A DNA stretch of 63,057 nucleotides, counting the filler, from Octopus bimaculoides (taxonomy: Eukaryota), in the NCBI RefSeq assembly GCF_001194135.2. It is 7 parts of 5 records of this genome, joined end to end, with 100 filler letters (N's around TTAATTAATTAA, not from the genome) between each part and the next. Parts side by side here need not be neighbours in the genome. Positions count along the whole stretch, not along the records: positions 12,498 to 28,551 come from NC_068994.1; positions 28,652 to 48,318 come from NC_068982.1; 5 more parts are not named here. One strand, 5' to 3'. This document shows positions 26,241-39,314 of this stretch, in pieces. The number at the start of each line of letters is the position of its first letter. The first letter of the stretch is position 1. The translations under genes were made by a program, and so were the position numbers. Under the pieces are notes generated by a model, which saw nothing but the letters and a program-made list of their open reading frames with translations, ran no database searches and was not told where the DNA came from.

Positions 26241-26420
26241 TATGCACTCGTTTCTCATTTTGTTCACGTGTTTTTGATTTCCTGTAGCCATATATGCATG
26301 TATATATACATATATATGTGTTAAAACGGGGGTAGCTGATGAAGAAGAATGTTCTCTATGTGGCTTGTGTGTTTTCTCGTCTACGTTTTGTTTGCAATGT
26401 CCTGTACCCAGATATGCACC
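26241..26420 (-). repeat. Two tandem minus-strand units of the GGGTACAGGA repeat
   Basis: 26241-26319 is the near-exact reverse complement of 24042-24120. 26335-26420 reads GGGTACAGGACATTGC ... TTCTTCATCAGCTACC. Confidence 0.6.
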
Positions 26421-26650
26421 TATACATACAGATGGATGTCGGTATGCACATACCTGTACGTATATATGCATATACTCATTTACTGTTTGTTTATATATAT
26501 ATATATATATTTATTTATTTATTTATTTATGCATATACATATGTATGTATGTATGTATATATAAATATACATATACACATAAATACACATATGTCTGCAC
26601 TCACACTAACACATATACACACATATATATGCATGTACATCTATATATAT

Positions 26651-27025
26651 GGCACCTTGGGCCAGTGTCTTCTACTATAGTCTCAGGCCTACCAAAACCT
26701 TATGAGTGGATTTGGTAGACCGAAACTGAAAGAAGCCTGTCGCATATATATATATATATATATATATAAATATATATATATATACATATATGTGAATGCA
26801 TATTTTCATGTTTCAGCGCTTATCCCTCCCCACCCACCATCGCTTGACAACCGATGTTGGCGTGTTTACGTTCTCGAAACTTAGCGGTTCGACAAAAGAC
26901 ACCGATAGAATAATTAGTAGGCTCACAAAGAATAAACCATGTTGTCGATTTGATCCACTAATGGCGCTGCTCCAGCATGGCCGTAGTCAAATGACTGAAA
27001 CAAGCAAAGGAATAAAAGGAAATAA
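26651..27025 (+). mobile_element. SINE family B lacking its head, internal (TA)n
   Basis: GGCACCTTGGGCCAGTGTCTTCTACTATAG, GAGTGGATTTGGTAGAC, CGCTTGACAACCGATG, AACTTAGCGGTTCG, CCAGCATGGCCGTAGTCAAATGACTGAAAC. Confidence 0.87.
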
Positions 27026-27654
27026 ATGAATATATACACNNNNNNNNNNATATATGCATATAAGTATCTAAAATATATTCATATCTTGTGAGAATATCTG
27101 TGTTATTGTCACGCTTGTCATTTACGTAGATTGATTAATCGTTTCAGTCCTACAAGATTATACAGTGTTTTTGACTTATGGATTTTTTTTTAATGCTTTC
27201 CCTATGTTATTTCGTTGTAATAATAACTTCTTGGAATGAAGTAAAAGTGAAAAAAAAAAAACAGTGTAAAAAATACTCTAAAAATATAAATATATATGAG
27301 ATTTTGAAGAATTACTCATCTTTGTGTTGCATCTCAGTTATCTGATCTGGAAAATGGTAGGAGAGAAGTTGATCACGTAGTGTTGAAAACAAAATAATAT
27401 CGCTGATATTATTTCTGTTCTTGTTGCTGCTGTCGTTTCCAACCGTTGTTTTTGGATATTTACTATATGTTCCACAAAGAAAGCAAAACTAAGAAGAAAA
27501 AATTTCCGAAAACAAAGTTTAAAAAGCATCGTCTCCGCAGACAAAAAATGGCACGACTTTATATTTCGTACTCTTAATATTATCTGCATGAGTGATTGCA
27601 CGAATTCGGGGATTTATTGCTTAGATATATTTTAGGCGTGTGATTCTACATACC

Positions 27655-27688
<34 letters not shown>

Positions 27689-27947
27689 ATATATGTGTGT
27701 GTATATGTATATACACTTATAAACATATATGCAAACATACGTACATACATTCATGCATGAATCCATATATATAGATATAAATATATATATAATATACAAA
27801 ATATATATAATATAAATATATAGATATATAAATATATAAATATATAAATNNNNNNNNNNNNNNNNNNNNNNNNATATATATATATATATGTATATGTATA
27901 TACATGTGCATGTATGCATGCATAAGTATATGTAAACGTTCATATGT

Positions 27948-27987
<40 letters not shown>

Positions 27988-28401
27988 ACGTATATATACA
28001 CCTACACACACGTATATATATATATATACATACACACAAATATGTGTGTGTGTGCGTATCTGGGGGTGTTTGTCTGTTGTGCGTTAGTGTGTTTAAAAGA
28101 CGAAAGAAAAGGACTTTCTGCTTTTGAGACTAGAATGAAATATACAAGTCTCGAAAAGGGGTGATTTAAAGCTGACACTGTTTTTGATTTCGGCAAGTGG
28201 TTGTGGTGGTGGGTTGTGTCTTATAATTTGGTGTTTCGTGTTTAGTCTTTAAATCAAAATTCGAAATCTCCCAGATAATATGGTGATTTATTGACACAAA
28301 CAGATGAAAACTGAAAACAACCATTAATAACGATCATCATACCATCATCATCAAAAATTTCATTATTATCATCATCATCATTATCATCGTCAACATCATC
28401 A

Positions 28402-28471
<70 letters not shown>

Positions 28472-28551
28472 CATCATCATCATCATCATCATCATTATTA
28501 TTATTATTACTATTATTATTATTCAGTAGTTTTATTTGTATAACGTGCTTT

Positions 28552-28651
28552 NNNNNNNNNNNNNNNNNNNNNNNNNNNNNNNNNNNNNNNNNNNNTTAAT
28601 TAATTAANNNNNNNNNNNNNNNNNNNNNNNNNNNNNNNNNNNNNNNNNNNN
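28552..28651. other. Artificial scaffold-join linker
   Basis: 44 N + TTAATTAATTAA (28596-28607) + 44 N. Confidence 0.95.
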
Positions 28652-30059
28652 TATATACATATATATATACATATATATATACATATATACATATACATAC
28701 AAAATATATATACGTATGTGTCTGTGTTAGTGCTGTGTGTGTGTGTGTCTGTATATGTGTTTGTGCTTGTGTGTTAATGTGTGAATGGTTTCGTGCATGC
28801 ATATGTCTTCGTACGTGCATTCGTGAATTAAAAGCTGGTGAGTCTTGAATCATATCTCTGCGTTTCACGTTGCCGATTATTCAAACACTTGAATTATAAA
28901 TGAATATTTACAGCTACCAGTTAGCTGAATAGCTTGCTTCCCAGCTAATAGATTTGTTTCCCAGGTAATCAGGAAGTGTATTTAAAAATACACATTCAGC
29001 TGTTCTTTACCTCTTTAATTGCAGTAAGAATAACCAAATTCTTTCATTTCGTGTTTTGCACCTATAATACTGAATACATGAAAATATTGGGTGTTTTTGC
29101 TTGAGAAGAGATGACGGTTGAATACATATCCGATTCATTTTTTAATGATTTCTGATAGTCAGTAAAGTCTCGATAACTAATCATATTTTGATGTCTTTAC
29201 GAATAGTTTTCGTTATATATTGTCACGCTGCTTCCTTCATTCAATCAATATGAAACTCAAAACTAACTATTCAAGAATTTCCACGAAAATATACATCCAC
29301 CTCTTTAATGACTGTGTTCACTTGTAGACACAAACATTCACCAATGTACGTGTGTGTGCGTGTGTGTGCGTGTGTGTGCATGCGTGTATGTGTGTGAGTA
29401 TGTGTATATGTATTAAAGATTAACATAGAATATATGAACTTGACCGAATGCTGTTTATTTATGTAACCCAACTCCATCTATCTGTCTAATGTACCCCACT
29501 TCGATACGTCTAAACGATTCCTTGAATGATTGCTCTATAGTTTTCGAAAATACAGACGCTGCGATGTCAATAATTCTTTATTATTGATTCCAAAGAAAAA
29601 TAAGAAATGGCTTTGTTTGTTAGTTTTAAAATTTATACATCTAGAAGAAATTAAATGAGATATGAAATCCTCCGCCCGGATGTATTTCGTACAGCTTATG
29701 GTGGGTATATGTATAGATGCAGAAAGTGAGAAATCAGTCTTAAATAAAGAATTAAACTTAACACAAGAGTATATTCACACAGGCAGCTACATTTCAAGAC
29801 CACCGTGTTTACACATACATAGCTACATCACAACACATTGCCAATCGATGTCCGTAATATTTCGCACTTCTGAATTCCTTCAGATTCTTGTCATAACTGA
29901 CGGGAAACTTTGTGTTCCTTCATCTGTCATTAAATTTATCTTGAAGTTTTGATGATGTTACAGTTCCGCTATCGGTCGTAGTTCTAATTGTCTTGAAATA
30001 TGTTTATATATTTATTTTAAATCCATCTATTGTTTTGGCTAAATCTCCCTTAGATTAAC

Positions 30060-30785
30060 TATATTAACATCACCTGGTGACATTAATAAAAAGTAAATGC
30101 TCTTGGTTGGAAAGAGATGCAGGACAAGCAGTATAATGTGACAACCAATGCAGACTCTGTGGAGTTAACATTGAAGATGTCACCCACATCATAAGCAGTT
30201 GTCCGAAAATGTCATCATGGTATTATCTAAATAATGTTGTCGCTAACAGACTATATAACGAAATCCATCAGAAAGATAGCCCTGAGGACAAAGAAATAAG
30301 AACCCACAGTACGGTAGAAACCATTGCAACTCAAAATAAAAAGGAGTATTGTTGGAATGAGAACACCTACGCTGAACTATTGAGAAATCTGCAGTTACTC
30401 TATCCAAATTACAAGTTCAGGTCTATACCTGTAATTTTAGGGGCACTGGAATATGTAACACACTGCTTAAATACCAATCTTGAGAAATTAAGCGTCTCCG
30501 AACCAAAAGGAGAAAGCTGATTCGAAGACTACAGATCCAATCCATCACTGGAAGTGTAAAAATCTGTAAAACTTTCCAGAAATTTATCATTTAAGAATAT
30601 ATGAACATGTCTAGATATGCAAGTATATGCATGAGAAGACATACATAAAACAAAACATACGAAACTGCACGTATACATACATATTCTGTTCATGTTGAAA
30701 TTCCAATGAAGGAGCCTTGGATCTGGGTTAGAAACCGGCTCTTTCTCTATTAGCAAGACATCTTGAAATAAAATTGAATAATGAT
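30060..30785 (+). mobile_element. 3' fragment of an RLE-type (R4/Dong/NeSL-like) non-LTR retrotransposon, internally deleted, with 3' UTR
   Basis: CCHC finger CRLCGVNIEDVTHIISSC, then KEYCWN / YAELLRNLQLLYPNYKFRSIPVILGAL and LIRRLQIQSITGSVKICKTF. The R-P-D segment is deleted. Confidence 0.8.
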
Positions 30786-31184
30786 ATATATATACACACA
30801 CATACATATAAGCAAACAAACAAACAAACAAACAAACATCTCTCTATCTCTCTCCCTTTCAAAAATGTGTGTACTTTCAGAACTGATGAAAGATAAATTT
30901 AATTTATTTCAGTATATTTTCCCTTTTATTTCAGATTGACTAAATAGTCTCTTAAAACGATTAAAGCCGGTAGCATATTTTGATAAAAGTAGAATTTTTT
31001 TTTTCTTTCTTTTTTGCTTATCCATGATAAAGTTTTCAAAGCATTTTTATGCACATCCACACAGTGAATATATGAAGTGTAAGAAAGTCAGTTCAATAAA
31101 TGACCCATGTTTGTTAAATGTAAATATAAAGACTACTCGCCTGGTTAAAGGCCTCCATTTTCTACATAAATCATGATATATATA

Positions 31185-31395
31185 GCTTTGTTGTTCTTTA
31201 ACACCAGGTTAACCTCAATCGACACGGCCTATCATTAAATGCATTCTGTTTGTGACCATCCCATGTCTGTTCTCACTGTATCCATGACTACATTATCCAA
31301 CATGAAATTCTATTTTTAAATCAGTAAATAGTAATTTGAGTGTATTTCTAGCAGGTCGAAAGACCACGTAGTTAGGATCTTTTGTTAGCTTATTC
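31185..31395 (-). mobile_element. Probable 3' part of a third SINE-like repeat
   Basis: Reverse complement ends ...GATTGAGGTTAACCTGGTGTTAAAGAACAACAA, a SINE-like 3' end with a short AAC tail. The assignment rests on general resemblance only. Confidence 0.35.
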
Positions 31396-32050
31396 CCCAC
31401 TCCTTTTCTGTATAGGAGTATTTGTTTCCTCACCATTTTATTTTATTATGGAGGCAGCAGATGAGGGAAAATGGAACCCAAAGTTGGGTGAATGGAAGTG
31501 GAAGTCGGTTTAAAACTAAATTTTTATCGGAAATAGTTTTTCATATTTTCGCATGTTTGTTTCTCTTTGTTTTGAAGAAATCTAGGTAAATAAATAAACG
31601 AATAACATATAGATATAACAAATTACAAATAAATAACTAATAAACATCAAACATATATTCATAAAACATTGTTATAGTGTTGTTAGATATTGGTGCTGAG
31701 TCGAATTTGGTAAATTCTTGCTGTCACTAATATGAAAATGACGACCAAGTGAACCGAACCGCCGTCACAGTTCACTGATTTCGGAATTCAAAGAGAAAAC
31801 AAGAGAAAGGAAAATAATACTACAAAAGGAAATTGTAAAAGAAATAATCGTACAAAAATAAAATAATATGAATGAAAATAAAATCAAATCAAATCATATG
31901 AATAAAAATAAAACAAAATATGAAAGCAAGAAATTTATCGGATTCTGCTAGGAGGAGTTTTATTAACAGACCATAACTTGGTAGCATTTGGTGAATGTAG
32001 ATGTTTTTCTGAGAATTTTTGGTACAATCGTTATCTTGATAAGCTCTTAT

Positions 32051-32219
32051 TTAACCTTTTGATACTAACCTGAGACCACGTCTGGCCCTGGAATACAAAC
32101 TTTCTGTCTGAAATAATCTAAATTAAAACCTTCTGCCATTAAAATTTCATTTTAATTTATGTCTCGAACACCAGCTTAATCATGATTCTCAAAATCAACT
32201 ACGGTAACAAATGGGTTAA
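32051..32219. mobile_element. TTAA-flanked MITE (piggyBac-type termini), followed by a duplicated right half at about 32230-32378
   Basis: Left end TTAACCTTTTGATAC versus reverse complement of the right end TTAACCCATTTGTTAC. The internal motif AACACC(A/G)GCTTAAT and the terminal GGTAACAAA recur immediately downstream. Confidence 0.65.
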
Positions 32220-32900
32220 AATGACCTCAATGAAATCTTCCATCAAATTTAATATTAACTTATGTCCTAAACACCGGCTTAATAATGTCAAAGTTATTTT
32301 ACTAAATACTTCATTATTTTCAAAATTAATGAAGCAAAGACAGTTATTTTAACAGAAATATGGTAACAAAAAGAGTTCAGAGAAAATTCTTGTTTGTTTT
32401 GCTTTGCATCGTTCATAAAAAAAAAATAAATAAATAAAAAAAAAAGAGAGAGAAAAAAAACTGTGGACTATCTGGTGTTATATCCAAACGGTAGGCGGGT
32501 TTTAAGTTCAGTGATGAGTATTGGAATCGAATCTGGTCAAATAGGGGAGATTGCCGATCAAAAATTTCAATTATATTCGACTTCTTTTGTTAGTTTGTTA
32601 TTTTCACTTCGTTGTAGCTTGAACAATCAATCCAAGTATCGTTGGTTCAATTCCAACGATGTCATGGCGATGTTTGCGGCTTAGACGACAAGCTTGATTG
32701 ATGTGACAAATATTGTAAAGCATAGGATAACCTCGCTGGAGATTCGATCCTACGATCCGATTTTAATCTCTAATTGAACCCATTTCCCTTTATTTATGAT
32801 GTGAGATCAAATTCTGTTCTCACGATAATTATAGAAGCATTTTAAGCCCAAACAAAATTAAAATTCAGTTCTATATTTAAGAGATATGGAATTATGTACA

Positions 32901-32980
32901 TTATATACATTATTTACAATTGACGGATATTTGTCCTCATCTGAGGACAAATATTCGTCAATTGTAAATAATGTAAATAA
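32901..32980. repeat. Near-perfect 80-nt palindrome (39-bp arms, 2-nt loop)
   Basis: TTATATACATTATTTACAATTGACGGATATTTGTCCTCA-TC-TGAGGACAAATATTCGTCAATTGTAAATAATGTAAATAA; one G-T pair in the inner 34 bp and one mismatch near the outer end. Confidence 0.95.
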
Positions 32981-33805
32981 AATTAAAATTATGACCATAG
33001 GTTGCCGCAAGTCGATTGTGGGAGCACTGTGAATACTTTTTACACAATTAACGACTGTTTGCTTGCTTGTTGTTCTGAGATCAAGTCTTGGGAAATGATA
33101 TGGCTCCATTGACATTCACCCCGAGACAACCACTATGCCAAAATTGGTTACATTTCAACTGATAGGCATCATGTAATATCAGATAACAGAATAAATTTCA
33201 TATAGGAAGTCATATTTCAGCTTATTCAGAAACTTTGGGTCAAATTCCAACTTTAACGAGGTCAATTACTATAACGCAAAACCGAGTGTGTTTACATAAA
33301 CGAAATGTATTCATTCGTTTCTGGCATGGTATCATCTTCCATACTTATTCATTTGTTGATCGTTAAATCTATACAAAGACGTAGTAATTCTTGTAGCAAT
33401 TTCGTGTAACTGTCTCAAGTTTAAATCAAATGTATTTCACACTTGTTTAACGTTGATAACATTTCCAGATGAGTGAAAACATATTCACAACTAAACCAAG
33501 ATAATATAAAATATAGCGTCCTAACAAAGAAGACATGACGAAACACATATGGCCTATTTGAACCCACGAGCTGCTGGTTGTGCAAAATCTTGGACGGTGA
33601 GGGCCGTCTTATTTCTATACTGTTGGTTATATATAAGCTACGAGGATGTGTCTGTATGTCTTTCGCTTTATAACACCGTGAACAGTTGAATACAATTTAT
33701 CAGCTCAATATCTGAAATTAGTTATTAGTAAAAAATAGGTTGCAGTCTTTAGTTACGTACCTTCACGCTTTGGGTTCACACCCTAACACGGTCTACAATC
33801 TGTAT

Positions 33806-33980
33806 GGATGCAGATGAGGTCCTGTGGTTAAGAAGTTCGCTTCAAAACTATGTCTGTTTTAGCTTTTAGGTTCGATCCTACTGCGTGACGTCTTGAAAAA
33901 GTATCACTCATCATAGTCGCGGCTCAGCCAAGGCTCCTATGAATGGATTTGTAGACAGAAAATGCAATGAAGCCTGTCAG
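33806..33980 (+). mobile_element. Diverged SINE family B head
   Basis: TGTGGTTAAGAAGTTCGCTT, GGTTCGATCCTACTGCGTG, GAATGGATTTGTAGACAGAAA, GAAGCCTGTC. Confidence 0.65.
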
Positions 33981-34223
33981 ATTAACTGGTTTGGGCTCGT
34001 TGACTCAATGCACATCTCGATTTAATCAGCTGACACTTGGCTGCACCTAGCGGGATCCATTTCACTTTCAGCATTTAAACGAGAGGTCTTATATAGAGAT
34101 AGCTTTCTCCTTTTATTCCAAGCCTTGGAGGACTTTCAAGACCTTCAAGACTTGCCTTCCTCTTCTGATTATTAAATATATTTCTCTTATATGCTACAAC
34201 CACACTGTTGTTACATCAGCTCT

Positions 34224-34262
<39 letters not shown>

Positions 34263-34266
34263 AACT

Positions 34267-34297
<31 letters not shown>

Positions 34298-35323
34298 CCG
34301 CTTCTACTGCTGCTGCTGCTGCTATATGTGTTTCATAGCCGTTGTAAAAATAATTTTGTTTTAACAAAATAAAGTTTTAGAGAAGAAGAACGGCTGAACA
34401 TTAAATCGGTCAGCAAATTTTGTACTCTTTTCTGTAATCAAGTACACGCAAATACACTTTAATGAAGTACACACAGGCTTGCTAGCACTCACACTGGTTT
34501 ATATACATATTTGTTTAAACCAGTGCATGTGTATGTATATATATGTATATGTGTGTGTGCATGTGCATCCGCATGCATATATATATATGTACGCATATAT
34601 ATGCATGTGTGCATACTTGTGTGCATGTATATATGTATGTCTGCGTGATTTTGCGCGAACTGCGTACATATTTAGGCTGTAATAAGTGCATGAACATGCG
34701 TACAGCTAAGCCTACCATTGTGCACGCTCGTGCGTGTATGTATGTGTTTGTAGGCATGTGTGTGTGTGCATGAGTGTGCTCAAAACCAATATAGTATCAA
34801 CAACAATAATACAAAAAAAACAAACATAACAACAAAAAACTATTTTAAAAAATTCTTAAATCAAAAGAATTGATTAATATTTTCCTATTAACTTTTCATC
34901 TTTTCTTTGATTTTATATTATCACCATCTCTTGCCACTGCCTCCTACACACACAAACACACACATGTACAAGCACCTACAAACGTACAAACATGCACAGG
35001 CACACACATACAAGAATACAAACATACACACGCACACTGAAGCGCACGTGTACATACACACATTAATACAAATACTCACTCACACACACAAACGCACGCA
35101 CAAAAGCAGACATACACATACAAACACACGTAAACACATGTAAACACACGTAAACACATGTAAACACACACACACATATTTCAAACAAAAATGATTTATT
35201 GGTAACACACACCAACAACCAGCTTTTAATTCTAGTTTTTAATTTTGCTTCTGACATAATATTTAGTGCGTGTGTGTGTGTGTGTGTGTGTATGTGTGTA
35301 TGTGTGTGTGTGTGTGTATATGT

Positions 35324-35359
<36 letters not shown>

Positions 35360-35364
35360 ATGTA

Positions 35365-35545
35365 GGCACGTGGCCTTGTGGTTATGGTGTTGCACTCACT
35401 ATCGATAGACCGTGAGTTCAATTCATGGACCGAGCAGCGCGTTGGGTTCACTTCCTTTCACGTCCATTTCCGGATAGAAGAGTAAGAGAAATGCTTAATA
35501 GTATATCCTACGGTCCTCTGCCTTCTGAGTTCAAATCCCACCTGC
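35365..35545 (+). mobile_element. Two decayed tRNA-like SINE heads
   Basis: GGCACGTGGCCTTGTGGTTA (A-box-like) with GAGTTCAATTC, then GAAATGCTTAATAGTAT ... TTCTGAGTTCAAATCCC resembling the family A head. Confidence 0.5.
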
Positions 35546-35710
35546 TCGTAAAAGACAATGGGAAGCCACTCCGGTCACAAATCTAGTCGTGGTAGCCGAA
35601 GTTCCAGTAATCTACTTAAATGCAGCCGGTGAGTGGACGCGATTTTACAGAGAGTGCTGGAGAGGGTTCACAGGCACAAGACCTGCCCATGAGCAGACCA
35701 CCACTGTGTA

Positions 35711-35750
<40 letters not shown>

Positions 35751-35964
35751 CGTGTGCGTGAAGGGAGAAGAATGAGGAAGGTACGTGTGTTACGGGGGTC
35801 TGGAAGGAGGCGGTGGGTGGGTGAGTGGGAAAAATCAGTATATAGAAACTGAATATTTATGTTTTTAACAAATGTAAGCTTACTGTGAATCGAAACCTGC
35901 ATCACTGTTCCGCAATTTCCCGGTATGGTCGGACGAGGTAGGAATATACATCAAATAAGTTATA

Positions 35965-36033
<69 letters not shown>

Positions 36034-36358
36034 AAACTGCGTGTACAAGCAGAAGTACGAGTGTTTCTGTTATGCTTAGAGTTCCAGCTGAGACTTTCGC
36101 AATCCAGTCTGCTTCCTGCATAGCTTATTAAGTAACTACTATACTGAGTTTACTGTAACTTGATACAATAAATGGTTCCCCGACGATTCGTTGTAGTTGA
36201 GTATTTCAATGCATTTGGAACTCACATCGCAAGACTCGAAGAAACTATAATGGTGAAACGCATGTAGGAACTTTAATATAAATTTGTGTTCTATTATACT
36301 GTGATATACTAAATTGTTCCATTTTCATACTGTGCTGGTTAATTCTATATGTACACGG

Positions 36359-36428
<70 letters not shown>

Positions 36429-36739
36429 GTCACCTATGTATGTATAGGTAGAATTTAATGAATACGTGAGTCATTCGTGACCTACTTTAATTTTCACGCT
36501 CGACGGATGGAGGATCTGGTAATCGTTCACGTTCAGTTTGAAACTTGAAAATTGAAGTAACTCACAAATACCATTAAATGATTTTTATCTCTCGATAAAT
36601 GGCCCAATTGTTTTGGCTTTGACGTGGAAAATTCTTTGGTTGTCCTTTTGGAACCTTTGTGCTAAAAGTAGTAAGCGAAAGAATAATATATCTGGGAATT
36701 CTTCTTGAAAAGAGGAATAAGTATGTGACATGAATCAGT

Positions 36740-38085
36740 GAATATTTAGTTGAGTCTAGGAATCAATTTTTCTTTGATTATGAATCTACGCATTCAACCG
36801 TATTAGCTTGAAATTAGTTATTTCTGCTTTGTGACTTCAATGTCAAACAGAGCTGTGTTTGGTCATTATTGGGCACAAGATCCTGTAATACCAATAGTAT
36901 CTTCTTTTTGAAGAAATATGCTGATCACAACCTCTTTATAGCCACGACAAACCGTCACAAATAACTACCTACCAGTAAGACGCAAAACATTTTGGATGCA
37001 TCCTCGCTCTAAACTCCGGCGTCTTGTGGATTATATAATTATGAGAAGGTGATATCTCAGTGATGTGTAGAAACAAGATCTGTATGTGGAAGTGAATATA
37101 GCACTGACCATATAGAGGTCATTGTTAATAAAATAAAGCTGGAATTTAAAAGCAGGGTTGCCTCCAGGGTAAACCACCGAATGAAAAAACTGAAGCTAGC
37201 CAATATCAAACCATTGGCCTTCCAAAAGTCTGTCTGAAAACATATTTGAAAAACTAAACAAAACCATCCTTCTGACCTGCTGACTAAGAGATCAGACTTC
37301 ATACAGCTCTACCACTGATTTCCATGCCATCGAAGTAGACAACACCAGGATTGCTTTGAAGAAAAGACAAGAGAAAGATAAGTTGATTAAAGCTGTCAGC
37401 AGTAAACCCCCCACCCACAGAAACCCACCATCAAAAACTGAGTTTATATAAAAGTGCACCCTAGAAAAACAAAACTAAGGATCATGAAAAACAATCTGGT
37501 TTGAAGAAAGGGGTTTGGAGACGCTAATTTATGTTGACATAAATTACGAAAATTTTGGAATTATCCCTGCAAATTTTAAAGACAAATGGCGTTGATGTTT
37601 CACCCATTCTCACAGCAAATAGAAATAAACGTATCGCACACGAACAAGTAATTCGGACAAAATGAGATGAACATTTTCAAAATATTCTAAACAGACCATC
37701 AACTCTTGGTAAAGTTCTCGCATATTTTGACTCTATAATGTGACTATCGTTTAATAAACAACCTGGTACAGGTTCAATTCCTACTGAAACATGAAAAACA
37801 CTTCACTGATATGATCTTTCCAGTAAGACAAATTCAAGAGAAGTATAAAGAGCAGAATTGGTCCTTATATATCACCTTTGTTGATCGCCCAAAGGTTTTC
37901 ATACTGAACTATGATGGCTGGAGAATCTTTTCCAAATATAGTCGTCTGCCAATGTTTGTACATATGGTGGACCAATTTCATGTCAGCATCGTGGTGAGTG
38001 CTATCTTGTTTTCTGTCACAATTAGTGCGAAACAAGGTTATGTTTGTTTTTTCAACCAATTTTCTCACTCTTTTTATTTTCCCAC
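36740..38085 (+). mobile_element. Decayed RTE LINE (BovB-like), APE endonuclease plus RT fragments with large deletions
   Basis: LCDFN, WMHPRSKLRRLVDYIIMRR, TRSVCGSEYSTDH, EHFQNILNRPST, KQPGTGSIPTE, DMIFPVRQIQEKYKEQNWSLYITFVD, KQGYV. These are collinear with the RTE-BovB motifs WMHPRSKHWHLIDY, WAEHF-VLNRPS and MIFTARQLQEKC-EQN. Confidence 0.85.
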
Positions 38086-38332
38086 CAAATTTTTTCATAT
38101 ATTTTCTCTGATGAAGGACTAGTGTTCGAAACATCAAAATTTTTTTCCTTCGTTCTAAGTTAAAACTAATATATTTGTTAAAACCTTCCATCTCACCCCC
38201 TCTTCTTTTTCTGTTCAATGCCTAATATGTGTGCGTATGTGCATATGTGTATGTATACATATATATATATATATATATATATGCGTGTAATATAAATATA
38301 AATATATATGTATATATATCACNNNNNNNNNN

Positions 38333-38408
<76 letters not shown>

Positions 38409-38879
38409 CACTTATGTGTGTTGAACTTGCATCGGTGACATTCATGAGGCCAACAAAATGTCTTCCCTTGTGTTTCAAACTGACTCCATATTGTCGTCCA
38501 AACAACAACAACAACTATAGCCAAAAATACTATTCAAATAAATATAAAAAACAAATATGTAAATATAAACAATGCAGAAACACACAAACACATATACATG
38601 AACACATATATACACGTACAAGCAAATATAAGTATGTATGTATATATTAAACTGTGTGCATGTGTGCATGTGCGTATATATAGATGTGTAGATATATTTT
38701 TATAGAAATATTCACAGATATATTTTATATATTTATTATATACTTATGTGTATGTATTTTTATGCATAGAGATACGCGCGTGCGCGCCCACACTCACACA
38801 CACATATATTTCAATATATAGATAGTATAGGTAATATATATGTGTGTGGGTTTGTATACATACATGCATAGACGCACAC

Positions 38880-38928
<49 letters not shown>

Positions 38929-39280
38929 AACACACACACAAACACACATGCGCGCACATACCCACACACAACGAAAAGCAGAGAACCATAACAAACGTAT
39001 TAAGGGAAGTCATATTTACGTTTGTCGCTTTGGTTTGCTGGTTTTCTTTTATCATTTGTTTTTTACATTTTTACTTTTATTTTTATTTCCATACATTTTC
39101 TCTTTTAAGCCAGTTCTGTTTGTCTCTTACTACATATACGTTTGCACACAAATAAACGCATATAAGCACACCCACCCACACGCTAACACAGGAATACACG
39201 TACAACACACACATACATACAAACATATACATACAGACCTACATAATAAATACATGCATACACACACACATACGTACATT

Positions 39281-39314
<34 letters not shown>

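Noticed and set aside
32638-32660. Hairpin ATCGTTGG-TTCAATT-CCAACGAT resembling a tRNA T-arm
   Set aside because: No acceptor, D or anticodon stems can be built around it.
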